Positions 8,793 to 17,133 of a DNA stretch of 64,000 bases are shown here, one piece after another. Each line of letters opens with the position of its first letter. Position 1 is the first letter of the stretch. A program made the position numbers and the translations under genes. The notes below the pieces were generated by a model that saw only the letters and a list, made by a program, of their open reading frames with translations, did not search any database and was not told the DNA's origin. Source of the DNA: an uncultured Chloroflexia bacterium (lineage in GTDB: Bacteria; Chloroflexota; Dehalococcoidia; UBA2979); NCBI GenBank assembly GCA_963728205.1, contig CAVSIV010000006.1, positions 384,001 to 448,000 of the forward strand, written 5' to 3'.

Positions 8793-9494
8793 ATGAAGAC
8801 GATCCTCGTCGTCGACGACGAGCCGAAGATCGTGGCGATCGCCCGCGACTACCTGCGGCAGGCCGGCTTCGACGTGGTCGCGGCCGCCGACGGCGAGGCG
8901 GCGATCGCCACGGCGCGCGAGCGACGGCCCGACCTGGTCGTGCTCGACCTCGGGCTGCCGCGGATCGACGGGCTCGACGTCGCGCGCACGCTGCGCGCCG
9001 GCGGCGACGTCCCGATCGTCATGCTCACCGCGCGCGACGACGAACTCGACCGCGTGCTCGGCCTCGAGCTCGGCGCCGACGACTACATCACGAAGCCGTT
9101 CAGCCCGCGTGAGCTCGTCGCGCGGGTGCGCGCCGTGCTGCGGCGCAGCGAGCGCCAGGCAGCCGCGCCCGCCGGCGACGACGGCGCCGAGCGCATCGTC
9201 GCCGGCGACGTCGTGCTCGACGTGGAGCGCATGCGCGTCGCCGTCGCGGGCCGGCCGGTCGACGTCACGCCGACCGAGTTCGCGCTGCTCGCGACGCTGG
9301 CGCGGCGGCCGGGGCGCATCTTCACGCGGTCGCAGCTGCTCGACGCGATCCACGGCGTGGCGTTCGAGTCCTACGAGCGCGCGATCGACACGCACGTGAA
9401 GAACCTGCGCCGCAAGCTCGAGCCCGAGCCGCACCGGCCGCGCTACCTGCTGACGGTGCACGGCGTCGGCTACCGCTTCGCCGACGATGACTGA
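8793..9494 (+). CDS. OmpR/PhoB-family response regulator
   Basis: ILVVDDE, LDLGLP, GADDYITKPF, TVHGVGYRF. Confidence 0.96.
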   Translation: MKTILVVDDEPKIVAIARDYLRQAGFDVVAAADGEAAIATARERRPDLVVLDLGLPRIDGLDVARTLRAGGDVPIVMLTARDDELDRVLGLELGADDYITKPFSPRELVARVRAVLRRSERQAAAPAGDDGAERIVAGDVVLDVERMRVAVAGRPVDVTPTEFALLATLARRPGRIFTRSQLLDAIHGVAFESYERAIDTHVKNLRRKLEPEPHRPRYLLTVHGVGYRFADDD

Positions 9495-10641
9495 GCCCAC
9501 CGGGCCGGGCCGCGGCGAGATCCCGTCGCCTCGTCGCCGCGGTCCGCCGCACCGCCCGCCGTGGTGGCCCGAGGGCGAGGTGTGGCCGCCGCGCAGCGGA
9601 CTCGGCGGGCCGCCGCCGATGGTGTTCGCGCGTCGCATCGGGCGCGTGCTGCTCGTGGCCGCGCTGCTCGCCGTCGCCGGCCTCGTCGCGACGGCGGTGG
9701 CGTGGCATCGCGCCGGCCCCGCCGCCAGCGCGGCGGTGCTCTTCGTCTCGCTCGTGCTGCTGGTACTGCTCGCGGGAGCGTCGTTCGCGGCGTTCGGCGC
9801 GCGCCGGATCGCGGTGCCGCTGGAGGACCTCGCCGGCGCGGCGCAGCGCGTGGCCGCGGGCGACTACGCGGCGCGCGTGTCGGCGCGGCCGTGGGGGCCG
9901 CCGTCGCTGCGCGGGCTGATGCGCGCGTTCAACACGATGGCCGAGCGCCTGGAGGCCGACGCCGGCCAGCGCCGCCGGCTGCTCGCGAACACGAGCCACG
10001 AGCTGCGCACGCCGCTGACGAGCCTGCAGGGCGAGCTCGAGGCGATGCTCGACGGCGTGCACCCTGCCGACGCCGCGCACCTGCGCAGCGCGCTCGAGGA
10101 GTCGCGCGTGCTGGCACGCCTCGTCGACGATCTGCGCACGCTGGCGCTCGCCGAGTCAGGCGGGCTGCGGCTGCACCCGGAGCCGGTCGACGTCGCCGCG
10201 CTCGCGCGCGAGGCGGCGGCGGGGCTGGAGGCGACGGCCACGGCGGCCGGGGTGCGGGTGGCGGTGGAGGGTCCGGCGGGCGACGGGGCGGCGGTGGTGA
10301 GCGCCGACCCACTGCGGGTGCGGCAGGTGATCGTGAACCTCGTGGCGAACGCCCTGCGCTACGCGCCGCGCGACAGCGCGGTGACGGTGCGCGTCGAGGG
10401 GCTCGCCGGCCGCGTCGCGGTGAGCGTGCAGGACGCGGGGCCGGGGATCGCGCCGGAGGTGCTGCCGCGCGCGTTCGAGCGCTTCGCGCGCGGGGCGGAC
10501 TCGGACGCCGGCGGCGGGTCGGGGTTGGGGCTCGCGATCGCGCGCGAGCTGGTGGAGGCGCACGGCGGCACGATCGTCGCGGAGCGGCCGCCGGAGGGCG
10601 GGACGCGCGTGCGGTTCGAGCTGCCCGCGGAGGTCGCGTAA
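9487..10641 (+). CDS. HAMP-domain sensor histidine kinase
   Basis: SHELRTPL H-box, NLVANALRY N-box, DAGPGI, GSGLGLAI. Confidence 0.95.
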   Translation: MTEPTGPGRGEIPSPRRRGPPHRPPWWPEGEVWPPRSGLGGPPPMVFARRIGRVLLVAALLAVAGLVATAVAWHRAGPAASAAVLFVSLVLLVLLAGASFAAFGARRIAVPLEDLAGAAQRVAAGDYAARVSARPWGPPSLRGLMRAFNTMAERLEADAGQRRRLLANTSHELRTPLTSLQGELEAMLDGVHPADAAHLRSALEESRVLARLVDDLRTLALAESGGLRLHPEPVDVAALAREAAAGLEATATAAGVRVAVEGPAGDGAAVVSADPLRVRQVIVNLVANALRYAPRDSAVTVRVEGLAGRVAVSVQDAGPGIAPEVLPRAFERFARGADSDAGGGSGLGLAIARELVEAHGGTIVAERPPEGGTRVRFELPAEVA

Positions 10642-11804
10642 CCCCCGGAGCACCGACGCAAGCGGCGGCAGACACGCCGCCGACGCTCCCGCGGGCGTCC
10701 GCCCGCAAGCGGCGGCAGACACGCCGCCGACGCTCCCGCGGGCGTCCGCCCGCAAGCGGCGGCCGACACGCCGCCGACGCTGCCGCGGGCGTCCGCCCGC
10801 AAGCGGCGGCAGACACGCCGCCGACGCTCCCGCGGGCGTCCGCCCGCAAGCGGCGGCAGACACGCCGCCGACGCTCCCGCGGGCGACCGCCCGCAAGCGG
10901 CGGCGGACACGCCGCCGACGCTCCCGCGGGCGTCCGCCCGCAAGCGGCGGCGGACACGCCGCCGACGCTGCCGCGGGCATCCGCCCGCAAGCGGCGGCAG
11001 ACACGCCGCCGACGCTGCCGCGGGCATCCGCCCGCAAGCGGCGGCAGACACGCCGCCGCTGAGCGGGAGGTCGATGAACGCGCGGAGCTGATCGTGGCGG
11101 ACATCGTGCACGATCCGCGAGCGCGCGACCCGGTGGTACTCGTTGTACAGGTGGCCGGGGTGGTGGATCGCGTTCCAGAGCGCGAGGAACGCGCGCTCCA
11201 GCAGCTGGGTGTGCAGCACGGCGCGTCGCGTCTGACCGCGGCCCGTGTACTTCGCGCCGATCGGCGCCATCGCCCAGAAGAAGTCGAGCTGGCGCTGCAC
11301 CGTCTCGTGCAGGCGGTCGGCCGCCGGCGCCTGCGGCTCCGGGGCGACCGCGACCGGCTCCTTCTCGACGAGCACCCGCGCCGCGGCCGGCCGCACGGCG
11401 AGGGTCGCGGGACCCACGTTCCAGTCGATCTCGACCGGGCCGGGGGAGTAGGCGATCCAGAAGCGGCCACCCGGCACGCTGTCGGACGGAATCCCCGCCT
11501 GGACGAGGAGCAGCGGGCCTACCGCCTCGAAGAAGGGGCGGGGCGACTCGAGGATCACGTCGAGGGCCTCGTCGCGCACGACGACGTGGAGGTCGAGGTC
11601 GCTCCACTCGTCGGCTTCGCCGCGACCGAAGGAGCCGGAAAGCCACGCGGCGACGACGCGGTCGTCGCGGGTGAAGGCGTCGACGAGCCGCTCGATGGCG
11701 GCTTCTCGCGCGGCGGCGAGGTCCGCGAGGGTGAGGTCGGGCACCGGGCCGGACATGCGGGCATCGAAGGCCGCCGCGTCAGTGGGCAGGGGCGCCTTCG
11801 GCAT
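10359..11804 (-). CDS. Nucleotidyltransferase-domain protein (pol-beta superfamily); the ORF runs through the repeat array
   Basis: WLSGSFGRGEADEWSDLDLHVV motif. Recognisable protein ends near 11060 and no stop codon occurs before the array. Confidence 0.75.
   Translation of the reverse strand: MPKAPLPTDAAAFDARMSGPVPDLTLADLAAAREAAIERLVDAFTRDDRVVAAWLSGSFGRGEADEWSDLDLHVVVRDEALDVILESPRPFFEAVGPLLLVQAGIPSDSVPGGRFWIAYSPGPVEIDWNVGPATLAVRPAAARVLVEKEPVAVAPEPQAPAADRLHETVQRQLDFFWAMAPIGAKYTGRGQTRRAVLHTQLLERAFLALWNAIHHPGHLYNEYHRVARSRIVHDVRHDQLRAFIDLPLSGGVSAAACGRMPAAASAACLPPLAGGCPRQRRRRVRRRLRADARGSVGGVSAAACGRSPAGASAACLPPLAGGRPRERRRRVCRRLRADARGSVGGVSAAACGRTPAGASAACLPPLAGGRPRERRRRVCRRLRRCSGGYATSAGSSNRTRVPPSGGRSATIVPPCASTSSRAIASPNPDPPPASESAPRAKRSNARGSTSGAIPGPASCTLTATRPASPSTRTVTALSRGA
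10657..11060. repeat. Tandem array of about 8.5 x 47-bp palindromic (REP-like) units
   Basis: Unit cgcaagcggcggcagacacgccgccgacgctcccgcgggcgtccgcc starts at 10657, 10704, 10751, 10798, 10845, 10892, 10939, 10986 and 11033; no spacers. Confidence 0.95.
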
Positions 11805-12840
11805 GCTGCGAGGCCGCTACCGACGCGACGAGTGCCGCGCAGCCGACAGCCAAGAACATCGCCGCGAGGGCGAGCACCCACAACCCCGCGTGACTCCCGC
11901 GAGCAGGGACCACGTAGTAGGGCCGCGGTGCCGGCGCACCGGCCACGGCGACGTCCAGCCAGCGGGCGAACGCTGGTGGTGGCGTGTAGGACGGGTACGA
12001 CGGCCAGCCGTGCTGCCAGAGGAAGAGCGCATTGTGGGCGCGGGAGTACGTGTACTCGACGGCACGCCCCTCGGGGAGGCGCAGCACGACGGCGGTGTAG
12101 TGCTCCGCGGGCGCGTCGATGTCGGATGCGGGCACGTCCGCCGCGGGCTGCGCCATCAGTCCGGCGAACCGCCAGAAGTCGGACGCGTCCGCGCCCGCGA
12201 TCGGGTGGGCGTCGACCGCGACGGAGACCTCCTGGTGCAGCCGCCAGCGTGCCGCGACGAGCACCTCGAGCTCGGTGGGCGCGTCGGAGGGCAGCGCGCC
12301 GAGCGCGAGCAGCGACGCGTAGCGGTCGAGCAGCGCGCGGCGCGACGCGTCCGCGCGAAACCAGGCAGCCCCGTGCTCGCCGTCGACGGCGATCACGCCC
12401 TGCGATGGGTAGTAGACCCCCGTCGCGGTGAAGTCGGTTTCGCAGCCGGTGACGTGGGCCCCACATTGCCTGAGGACGGCCCAGTACCCGCTACGGATCG
12501 TGATGCCACTCCCGAGCGAGGCGGGGGGCCCGGCGATTGGCTGCGGGCCGACTCCGAGCTGCCAGAGAGCCTGCGAGTCGGGCACGGGGAGCGCAATCCA
12601 GTCGTCGGCCGTGCCGGGGCGCAGGATGGCGTCGGGAAGGCCCTTCGCGGCGGCGCGCGATGGCGGCCCGGCGAAGAGGAGTGTGGCGGCGAATGCCAGC
12701 AGCGCGACGGTGACCGCCAGCGCGACGCCAACAGCGCGTGCTACGAGCGGCGCCTGGTGAAGGTGCCGGTCGGCACGGAACGCGGAGGCGACCACCGGCA
12801 CCTTCACCAGGCGCCGCTCGAACCTGCGTCCTCGTCTCAT
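11779..12840 (-). CDS. Hypothetical exported protein with N-terminal signal/TM and C-terminal TM
   Basis: ATGA-coupled to the upstream gene; hydrophobic N- and C-terminal segments. Confidence 0.65.
   Translation of the reverse strand: MRRGRRFERRLVKVPVVASAFRADRHLHQAPLVARAVGVALAVTVALLAFAATLLFAGPPSRAAAKGLPDAILRPGTADDWIALPVPDSQALWQLGVGPQPIAGPPASLGSGITIRSGYWAVLRQCGAHVTGCETDFTATGVYYPSQGVIAVDGEHGAAWFRADASRRALLDRYASLLALGALPSDAPTELEVLVAARWRLHQEVSVAVDAHPIAGADASDFWRFAGLMAQPAADVPASDIDAPAEHYTAVVLRLPEGRAVEYTYSRAHNALFLWQHGWPSYPSYTPPPAFARWLDVAVAGAPAPRPYYVVPARGSHAGLWVLALAAMFLAVGCAALVASVAASQHAEGAPAH
12744..12820. repeat. Perfect 27-bp inverted repeat with 23-nt loop, inside a CDS
   Basis: cgagcggcgcctggtgaaggtgccggt (12744-12770) and accggcaccttcaccaggcgccgctcg (12794-12820). 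Confidence 0.92.
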
Positions 12841-13640
12841 GGCAGCGTCCTCGCGATGGCGAGCGCCGCGTCGAGCGGCAGCTCGGTCTCGATGCGGTAG
12901 TACGACTCCACGCCGCGCCAGATCAGGACGTGGCTCGAAATCGTGCGGCGCGCGCTCTTCACCTCGTGTCCCTGCGCGTCGTAGAAGCGGGCGTCGTACG
13001 GGCCGCTGACCAGCCAGTACGCCGGCGTGCCGTTCACGTTCGGCGTCTCGACCTGGGCGCTCTCCGGCAGCCCCTTGCCGACGAACCCACCGCCGCGCGT
13101 CTGCCAGAGGTCGAAGTCGGGGTACTCGAGGATGAGCAGCGCCTGATTGCCCCACTCGGCGAGATACACGCCGTCGGGCGTGCCCTGTCCAGCGGGCAGC
13201 GCCGGGTCGAAGCCGAGGACCGCGGGTGCATCCGCGAGCGTGATGGGTCGTGCGTACTCCCACGGCGGTATGGAGATGGGAGGCTGCGTGGGAATCGACG
13301 GCGTGATTGCGGGGGCCGCCGCGGCGGGGGGTTGCGTCGTCGGCATGGGGGTCGGCGTCAGCCGCTCGATGCGCTCGCCGGGCACGAGCCCGAAGAACTC
13401 GCCGACGGCGTGGCGGCTTGTCGGCAGCGCCAGCGTGAGGCCGACCGCGGCGAGCACGAGCGCCAGCGCGGCGAACGCCACGCGGCGGCGCAGCGCGACG
13501 GCGCTCGGCGACGGCGCGCCGCCGGCCGCCACCGCCGCCAGCGTGCGCGCACGCAGGTCGGGCGTCGGCGGATAGTCGATCCGCGGCGCGACGTCGGCGA
13601 TCAGACGCGCCTCGTAGCCGCCGGGCTCAGCCCTGGCCAT
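12837..13640 (-). CDS. Putative membrane-anchored anti-sigma factor (TM plus DUF4367-like domain)
   Basis: Overlaps the 3' end of the ECF sigma gene; single TM; VNGTPAYW...LIW..YRIE..LAIARTL domain. Confidence 0.65.
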   Translation of the reverse strand: MARAEPGGYEARLIADVAPRIDYPPTPDLRARTLAAVAAGGAPSPSAVALRRRVAFAALALVLAAVGLTLALPTSRHAVGEFFGLVPGERIERLTPTPMPTTQPPAAAAPAITPSIPTQPPISIPPWEYARPITLADAPAVLGFDPALPAGQGTPDGVYLAEWGNQALLILEYPDFDLWQTRGGGFVGKGLPESAQVETPNVNGTPAYWLVSGPYDARFYDAQGHEVKSARRTISSHVLIWRGVESYYRIETELPLDAALAIARTLP

Positions 13641-14271
13641 CGTCCGCCCCTTCGATCAGATCCACCGCGTCCGCTGCGTTGCCCGCTCCGCTGTCGCCCG
13701 GCGCGAGCGCCGGGTAGCGCGACTCGATCACTTCGCGCAGCCGCGCCCCCGCGCGACTCAGGCGCGACTTCACCGTCCCCGGCCGCACACCCAGCGCCGT
13801 CGCCATCTCGCTCTCCGGCAGCTCGAGGAAGTGCCGGAGGTAGAGGACGACCTGGTCGTCGTCGCGCAGCTCGCGGAGCGCGCGCAGCAGCGCCGCGTCG
13901 CGCTCGTCGCGGACAACGCGCGTCGCCGGGTCGTCGCCGCGCGGCGGGGCCGCCGGCGCGCGGCGCAGCACGTGCTCCGCCAGCCCGCGGCGGCGGCCGC
14001 GCGCGCGGACCTCGTTCAGCGCGAGGTTCGTGACGATGCGCAGCAGCCACGGCCGGAACGGCGCGCCGGTGCGGAAGCGCGCGAGGCCGCGATAGGCACG
14101 GATGAACGCCTCCTGCGCGACGTCCTCCGCCGCGTCGGCGTCGCGCACGACGAGGTAGGCCGCGCGGAAGGCGACCTCCTGGTAGCGCGCGACGAGGGGG
14201 CCGAACGACTGCGCGTCCCCGTCGAGCGTCGCGCGCACGGCAGCGTCGTCGGCGGCCTGCGCGTCCTGCAT
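13627..14271 (-). CDS. ECF RNA polymerase sigma factor
   Basis: AEDVAQEAFIRAYR, FRPWLLRIVTN, GTVKSRLSRA. Start chosen from the promoter position. Confidence 0.95.
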   Translation of the reverse strand: MQDAQAADDAAVRATLDGDAQSFGPLVARYQEVAFRAAYLVVRDADAAEDVAQEAFIRAYRGLARFRTGAPFRPWLLRIVTNLALNEVRARGRRRGLAEHVLRRAPAAPPRGDDPATRVVRDERDAALLRALRELRDDDQVVLYLRHFLELPESEMATALGVRPGTVKSRLSRAGARLREVIESRYPALAPGDSGAGNAADAVDLIEGADDGQG

Positions 14272-14280
14272 GCACGAGTG

Positions 14281-14308
14281 ATACACCGCGAGGGGCGGCG
14301 CGGTTCCC
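14281..14308 (-). promoter_or_regulatory. ECF promoter GGGAACCG-N12-CGGTGTAT for the sigma operon
   Basis: Minus strand reads gggaaccg cgccgcccctcg cggtgtat, 9 nt before ATG 14271. Confidence 0.8.
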
Positions 14309-14398
14309 GGCGATGGTGGTGGCAGACGCGGAGCGAGGAAACGGAGCCTGGTGCGATCCGCGCACCGTCGCGACTGTCGTGCCCGCGAAGGAGATACC

Positions 14399-14426
14399 GG
14401 GAACCGATACTTCGCCGCCGGTGTAT
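14399..14426 (+). promoter_or_regulatory. ECF promoter GGGAACCG-N12-CGGTGTAT for the divergent lipoprotein
   Basis: gggaaccg atacttcgccgc cggtgtat, 7 nt before ATG 14434. Confidence 0.8.
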
Positions 14427-14433
14427 TCGACGC

Positions 14434-16074
14434 ATGCTGGACCGCAGACGCCCGCTCGCCCGCTGGATGCCCGTTCCCGTTGTGGCACTGGTCGTTGCGC
14501 TCCTCGCGGGCGCGTGCGCCGGCGGAGCATCCGGCACGCCGAGCGGAAGCGCGGCGACCCGAACGGCTACCGCCGGAGCGACCGCCACGGCACCGGCTCC
14601 AGCGACCCCGGGGCCATCGACCACTCGCGCGGCGCCGACGCCAGCACCGGCGCAGCCGCCGGCCGCGACGCCGGCGCCTCCAGCCGCTCCGCCGATCGCC
14701 TCCGACGACGCCCTAGTGGTTCTTCCCGCGCCAGCCAGCTCTTCGCCGCCCAGCAACCCGACTCAGCTCCTCCAGCCCGTCGCGCCCTCGAGCGCCGATG
14801 TAGCGGACCATCCGCCCCTCGCGATCGGCCTGTTCGGCGGGCTGCACGCCGTCTCTCCCGACGGCAAGTTCCTCGCGCTTTCGGTCTCGGCCCCCGGGGA
14901 CAGCACACGATGGCTCCAGGTGATCGACCTCGACACCTGGCTTCCCGTGCCCCTGCCCGACCACACGGGGGGTGGGACGCTGGAGCCCGTCCTGCGATGG
15001 CTGGGCTGGGGCCCGGACGACCGGCACGTCTATGCAGTCGGCGGGAACCTCCCCGGGGGCGAGCTCTGGGACGTCGATCTCCTACAGGGCACCGCGCGCC
15101 GCCTCGCGACGCTCGATTACGAGCGTCCGTGGGCGAGCCCACGCGTCTCGGCCGACGGCGCCACTGTCTACCTGTTCGGCGCACGCTCGTTCGACGCCGG
15201 CGGCGATATCGCCGCCGGCGTCCCGTTCGTCGAAGCGATCGACGCGCGCACCGGTGCCGTCCGCGGCGAGGTGGACCTGGCGAGCGTTCACGTCTGGGGC
15301 AGCATGCAGGAGGTGCCGCCCGGCAGCAGGCCCTACGCCGTGGTCCCCGTCCCGGGAGTGGCGATGTCGCCGGACGGCTCGCTGCTCTACGTCGTGCACG
15401 GCGACGCGGACCGCGTCACGGTGGTCGACCTTCTCTCGCTCACGGTCGAGCGGACCGTGGAACTCGCGCGCTCGCAGTCGACGCTCGCGCGCGCCGGGGG
15501 CTGGCTGCGCGATCGCTTCGCGCAGAGGGCGGAGGCCAAGGGCGGCGTCTACCGCTCGAAGCGCGCGCTGGTCTCGCCGGACGGCCACCGGCTGTACGTC
15601 ACCGGGACGGCCGATCTCACGTGCGCCGGGCAGCCCACGTTTCCGTGCGTCGAGGGCAACCCGATCGGCCTCGAGGTCGTGGACCTGCAGTCGATGCGCA
15701 TCGTCCGTGAGATCCCGGGCTTCAGCACCCTCGCCACGTCGCCCGACGGACGGTGGCTCGTGGGCTACGGCGACGCGGCCGACTACCGCCACCCGGCCGC
15801 CGACGGCAGCGGGACGATGATCGGGTTCGGCGCGACGATCATCGACACGTCGTCGTGGTGCGTGGCGCGCGTGGCGCCGGGCGTCCCGTTCACGCAGGTC
15901 GCCGTCTCGCGCGACGGGCGGTTCGCCTACCTCGTCTCGCAGGTACCGGGCGACGAGGCGAAGCCGTCCCTGACGGTCGTCGAGCTCGCGACGGGGAAGG
16001 TGAGTGGCCGGCGCGCGATCGACGGCGGCTGGATCACGCTGATCGGGCTCGAGCCTGGGACAACTGCGTGGTGA
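14434..16074 (+). CDS. YncE/YVTN-like beta-propeller lipoprotein
   Basis: Lipobox-like LAGAC, Pro/Thr linker, repeated SPDG blade motifs. Confidence 0.8.
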   Translation: MLDRRRPLARWMPVPVVALVVALLAGACAGGASGTPSGSAATRTATAGATATAPAPATPGPSTTRAAPTPAPAQPPAATPAPPAAPPIASDDALVVLPAPASSSPPSNPTQLLQPVAPSSADVADHPPLAIGLFGGLHAVSPDGKFLALSVSAPGDSTRWLQVIDLDTWLPVPLPDHTGGGTLEPVLRWLGWGPDDRHVYAVGGNLPGGELWDVDLLQGTARRLATLDYERPWASPRVSADGATVYLFGARSFDAGGDIAAGVPFVEAIDARTGAVRGEVDLASVHVWGSMQEVPPGSRPYAVVPVPGVAMSPDGSLLYVVHGDADRVTVVDLLSLTVERTVELARSQSTLARAGGWLRDRFAQRAEAKGGVYRSKRALVSPDGHRLYVTGTADLTCAGQPTFPCVEGNPIGLEVVDLQSMRIVREIPGFSTLATSPDGRWLVGYGDAADYRHPAADGSGTMIGFGATIIDTSSWCVARVAPGVPFTQVAVSRDGRFAYLVSQVPGDEAKPSLTVVELATGKVSGRRAIDGGWITLIGLEPGTTAW

Positions 16075-16235
16075 TGCCGGGCGGGGTCGCGCTCTCTCGT
16101 CGCTCGCCGGCACCATGACGCTTCGCGCTGCCGAGGAAGAGCCGCAGCGACGAAGGGAACGCCCTGCCGGTCCGTTGTTCGCGGTTGCACCATCGAGACG
16201 CTGGCGCCCTCCCGTTAGCCGCGAGGCGCCCGGTG

Positions 16236-16273
16236 TGTTGACAACACACAACGCCCGTTGCACACTGTCAACA
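16236..16273 (+). promoter_or_regulatory. Sigma70-type promoter overlapped by an inverted repeat
   Basis: TTGACA (16238)-N17-CACACT (16261); inverted repeat tgttgaca/tgtcaaca; ATG 6 nt after the -10 element. Confidence 0.75.
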
Positions 16274-16515
16274 TGCCGAGGCGACGGCATCCCAAGCCGC
16301 CCGTCGAGCGCGCGCTGGCCGCCGCCGAGTCGGCCGGGTGGAGCGTCGAGCCCACCGGCGCCGGGCACCGCTGGGGAGTGATGCGCTGCGCGGAAGCGTC
16401 ACGCGCCGGCTGCCAGGTCTCGGTCTGGTCGACGCCCCGCAGCCCGGACAACCACGCGAAGCAACTGCGGCGCGCGCTGGAGCGCTGCCCGCACGTGCAG
16501 GGGAACGTGCCATGA
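16273..16515 (+). CDS. Small HicA-like putative toxin
   Basis: AESAGWSVE..GHRWGVMRC..VSVWSTP; 80 aa; ATGA-coupled to a DNA-binding partner. Confidence 0.6.
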   Translation: MPRRRHPKPPVERALAAAESAGWSVEPTGAGHRWGVMRCAEASRAGCQVSVWSTPRSPDNHAKQLRRALERCPHVQGNVP

Positions 16516-17057
16516 CCACCTACCAGTTCACGCTAATGGTCGAAGGTCCCGACCTCCAGGACGAGGCGCATGCTTCCGCGCTCTTCGCGGCCGGGTGCGA
16601 CGACGCGACCGTCGGGCGCGTCGGCACCGTGCAGTACCTCGACTTCGACCGCGAGGCCAAGACGTTCGCGGACGCCGTGTTCGAGGCGACGGCGGCGGTG
16701 GAGTCCGCGGTGCCCGGCGCGCGCGTCGTGCACCTCGAGCCGGACGACCTGGTCACGATGGCGGAGATCGCGGAGCGCACGGGCCGCACGCGCGAGAGCG
16801 TCCGACTGCTGATCGCCGGCGAGCGCGGCGGCGGCGACTTCCCGGCGCCGGCCACGCACCTCAAGCGCCGGCAGCGGCTGTGGCGCTGGCAGGAGGTCGC
16901 GGCGTGGTTCGCGCGTCATTCGGGCGCGGCGGAGCCGGGCGACGATCCGCAGCGCGCGCGCTTCACCACCGCGTTCAACGCCGGCCTCACGCTGCGCGCC
17001 GTCCACGACGACGTCCCGGCGTACGACCTGCGACGCATCCGCGACCTCGCGAAGTAG
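16512..17057 (+). CDS. HicB-like/HTH DNA-binding protein, putative antitoxin
   Basis: YQFTL..LDFDREA N-domain, LVTMAEIAERTGRTRESVR HTH, FPAP..LWRWQEVAAW. Confidence 0.7.
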   Translation: MTTYQFTLMVEGPDLQDEAHASALFAAGCDDATVGRVGTVQYLDFDREAKTFADAVFEATAAVESAVPGARVVHLEPDDLVTMAEIAERTGRTRESVRLLIAGERGGGDFPAPATHLKRRQRLWRWQEVAAWFARHSGAAEPGDDPQRARFTTAFNAGLTLRAVHDDVPAYDLRRIRDLAK

Positions 17058-17133
17058 GTCTGGCGGAGCGGCGCCGGATCGCTCCGGCGCGGTGGACGGG
17101 GTAAATCGGCCGTCGGCGATCTCGGCTGCGGTC

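Noticed and set aside
10657-11060. CRISPR array
   Set aside because: The units are contiguous near-identical 47-mers with no unique spacers, and no cas genes are present.
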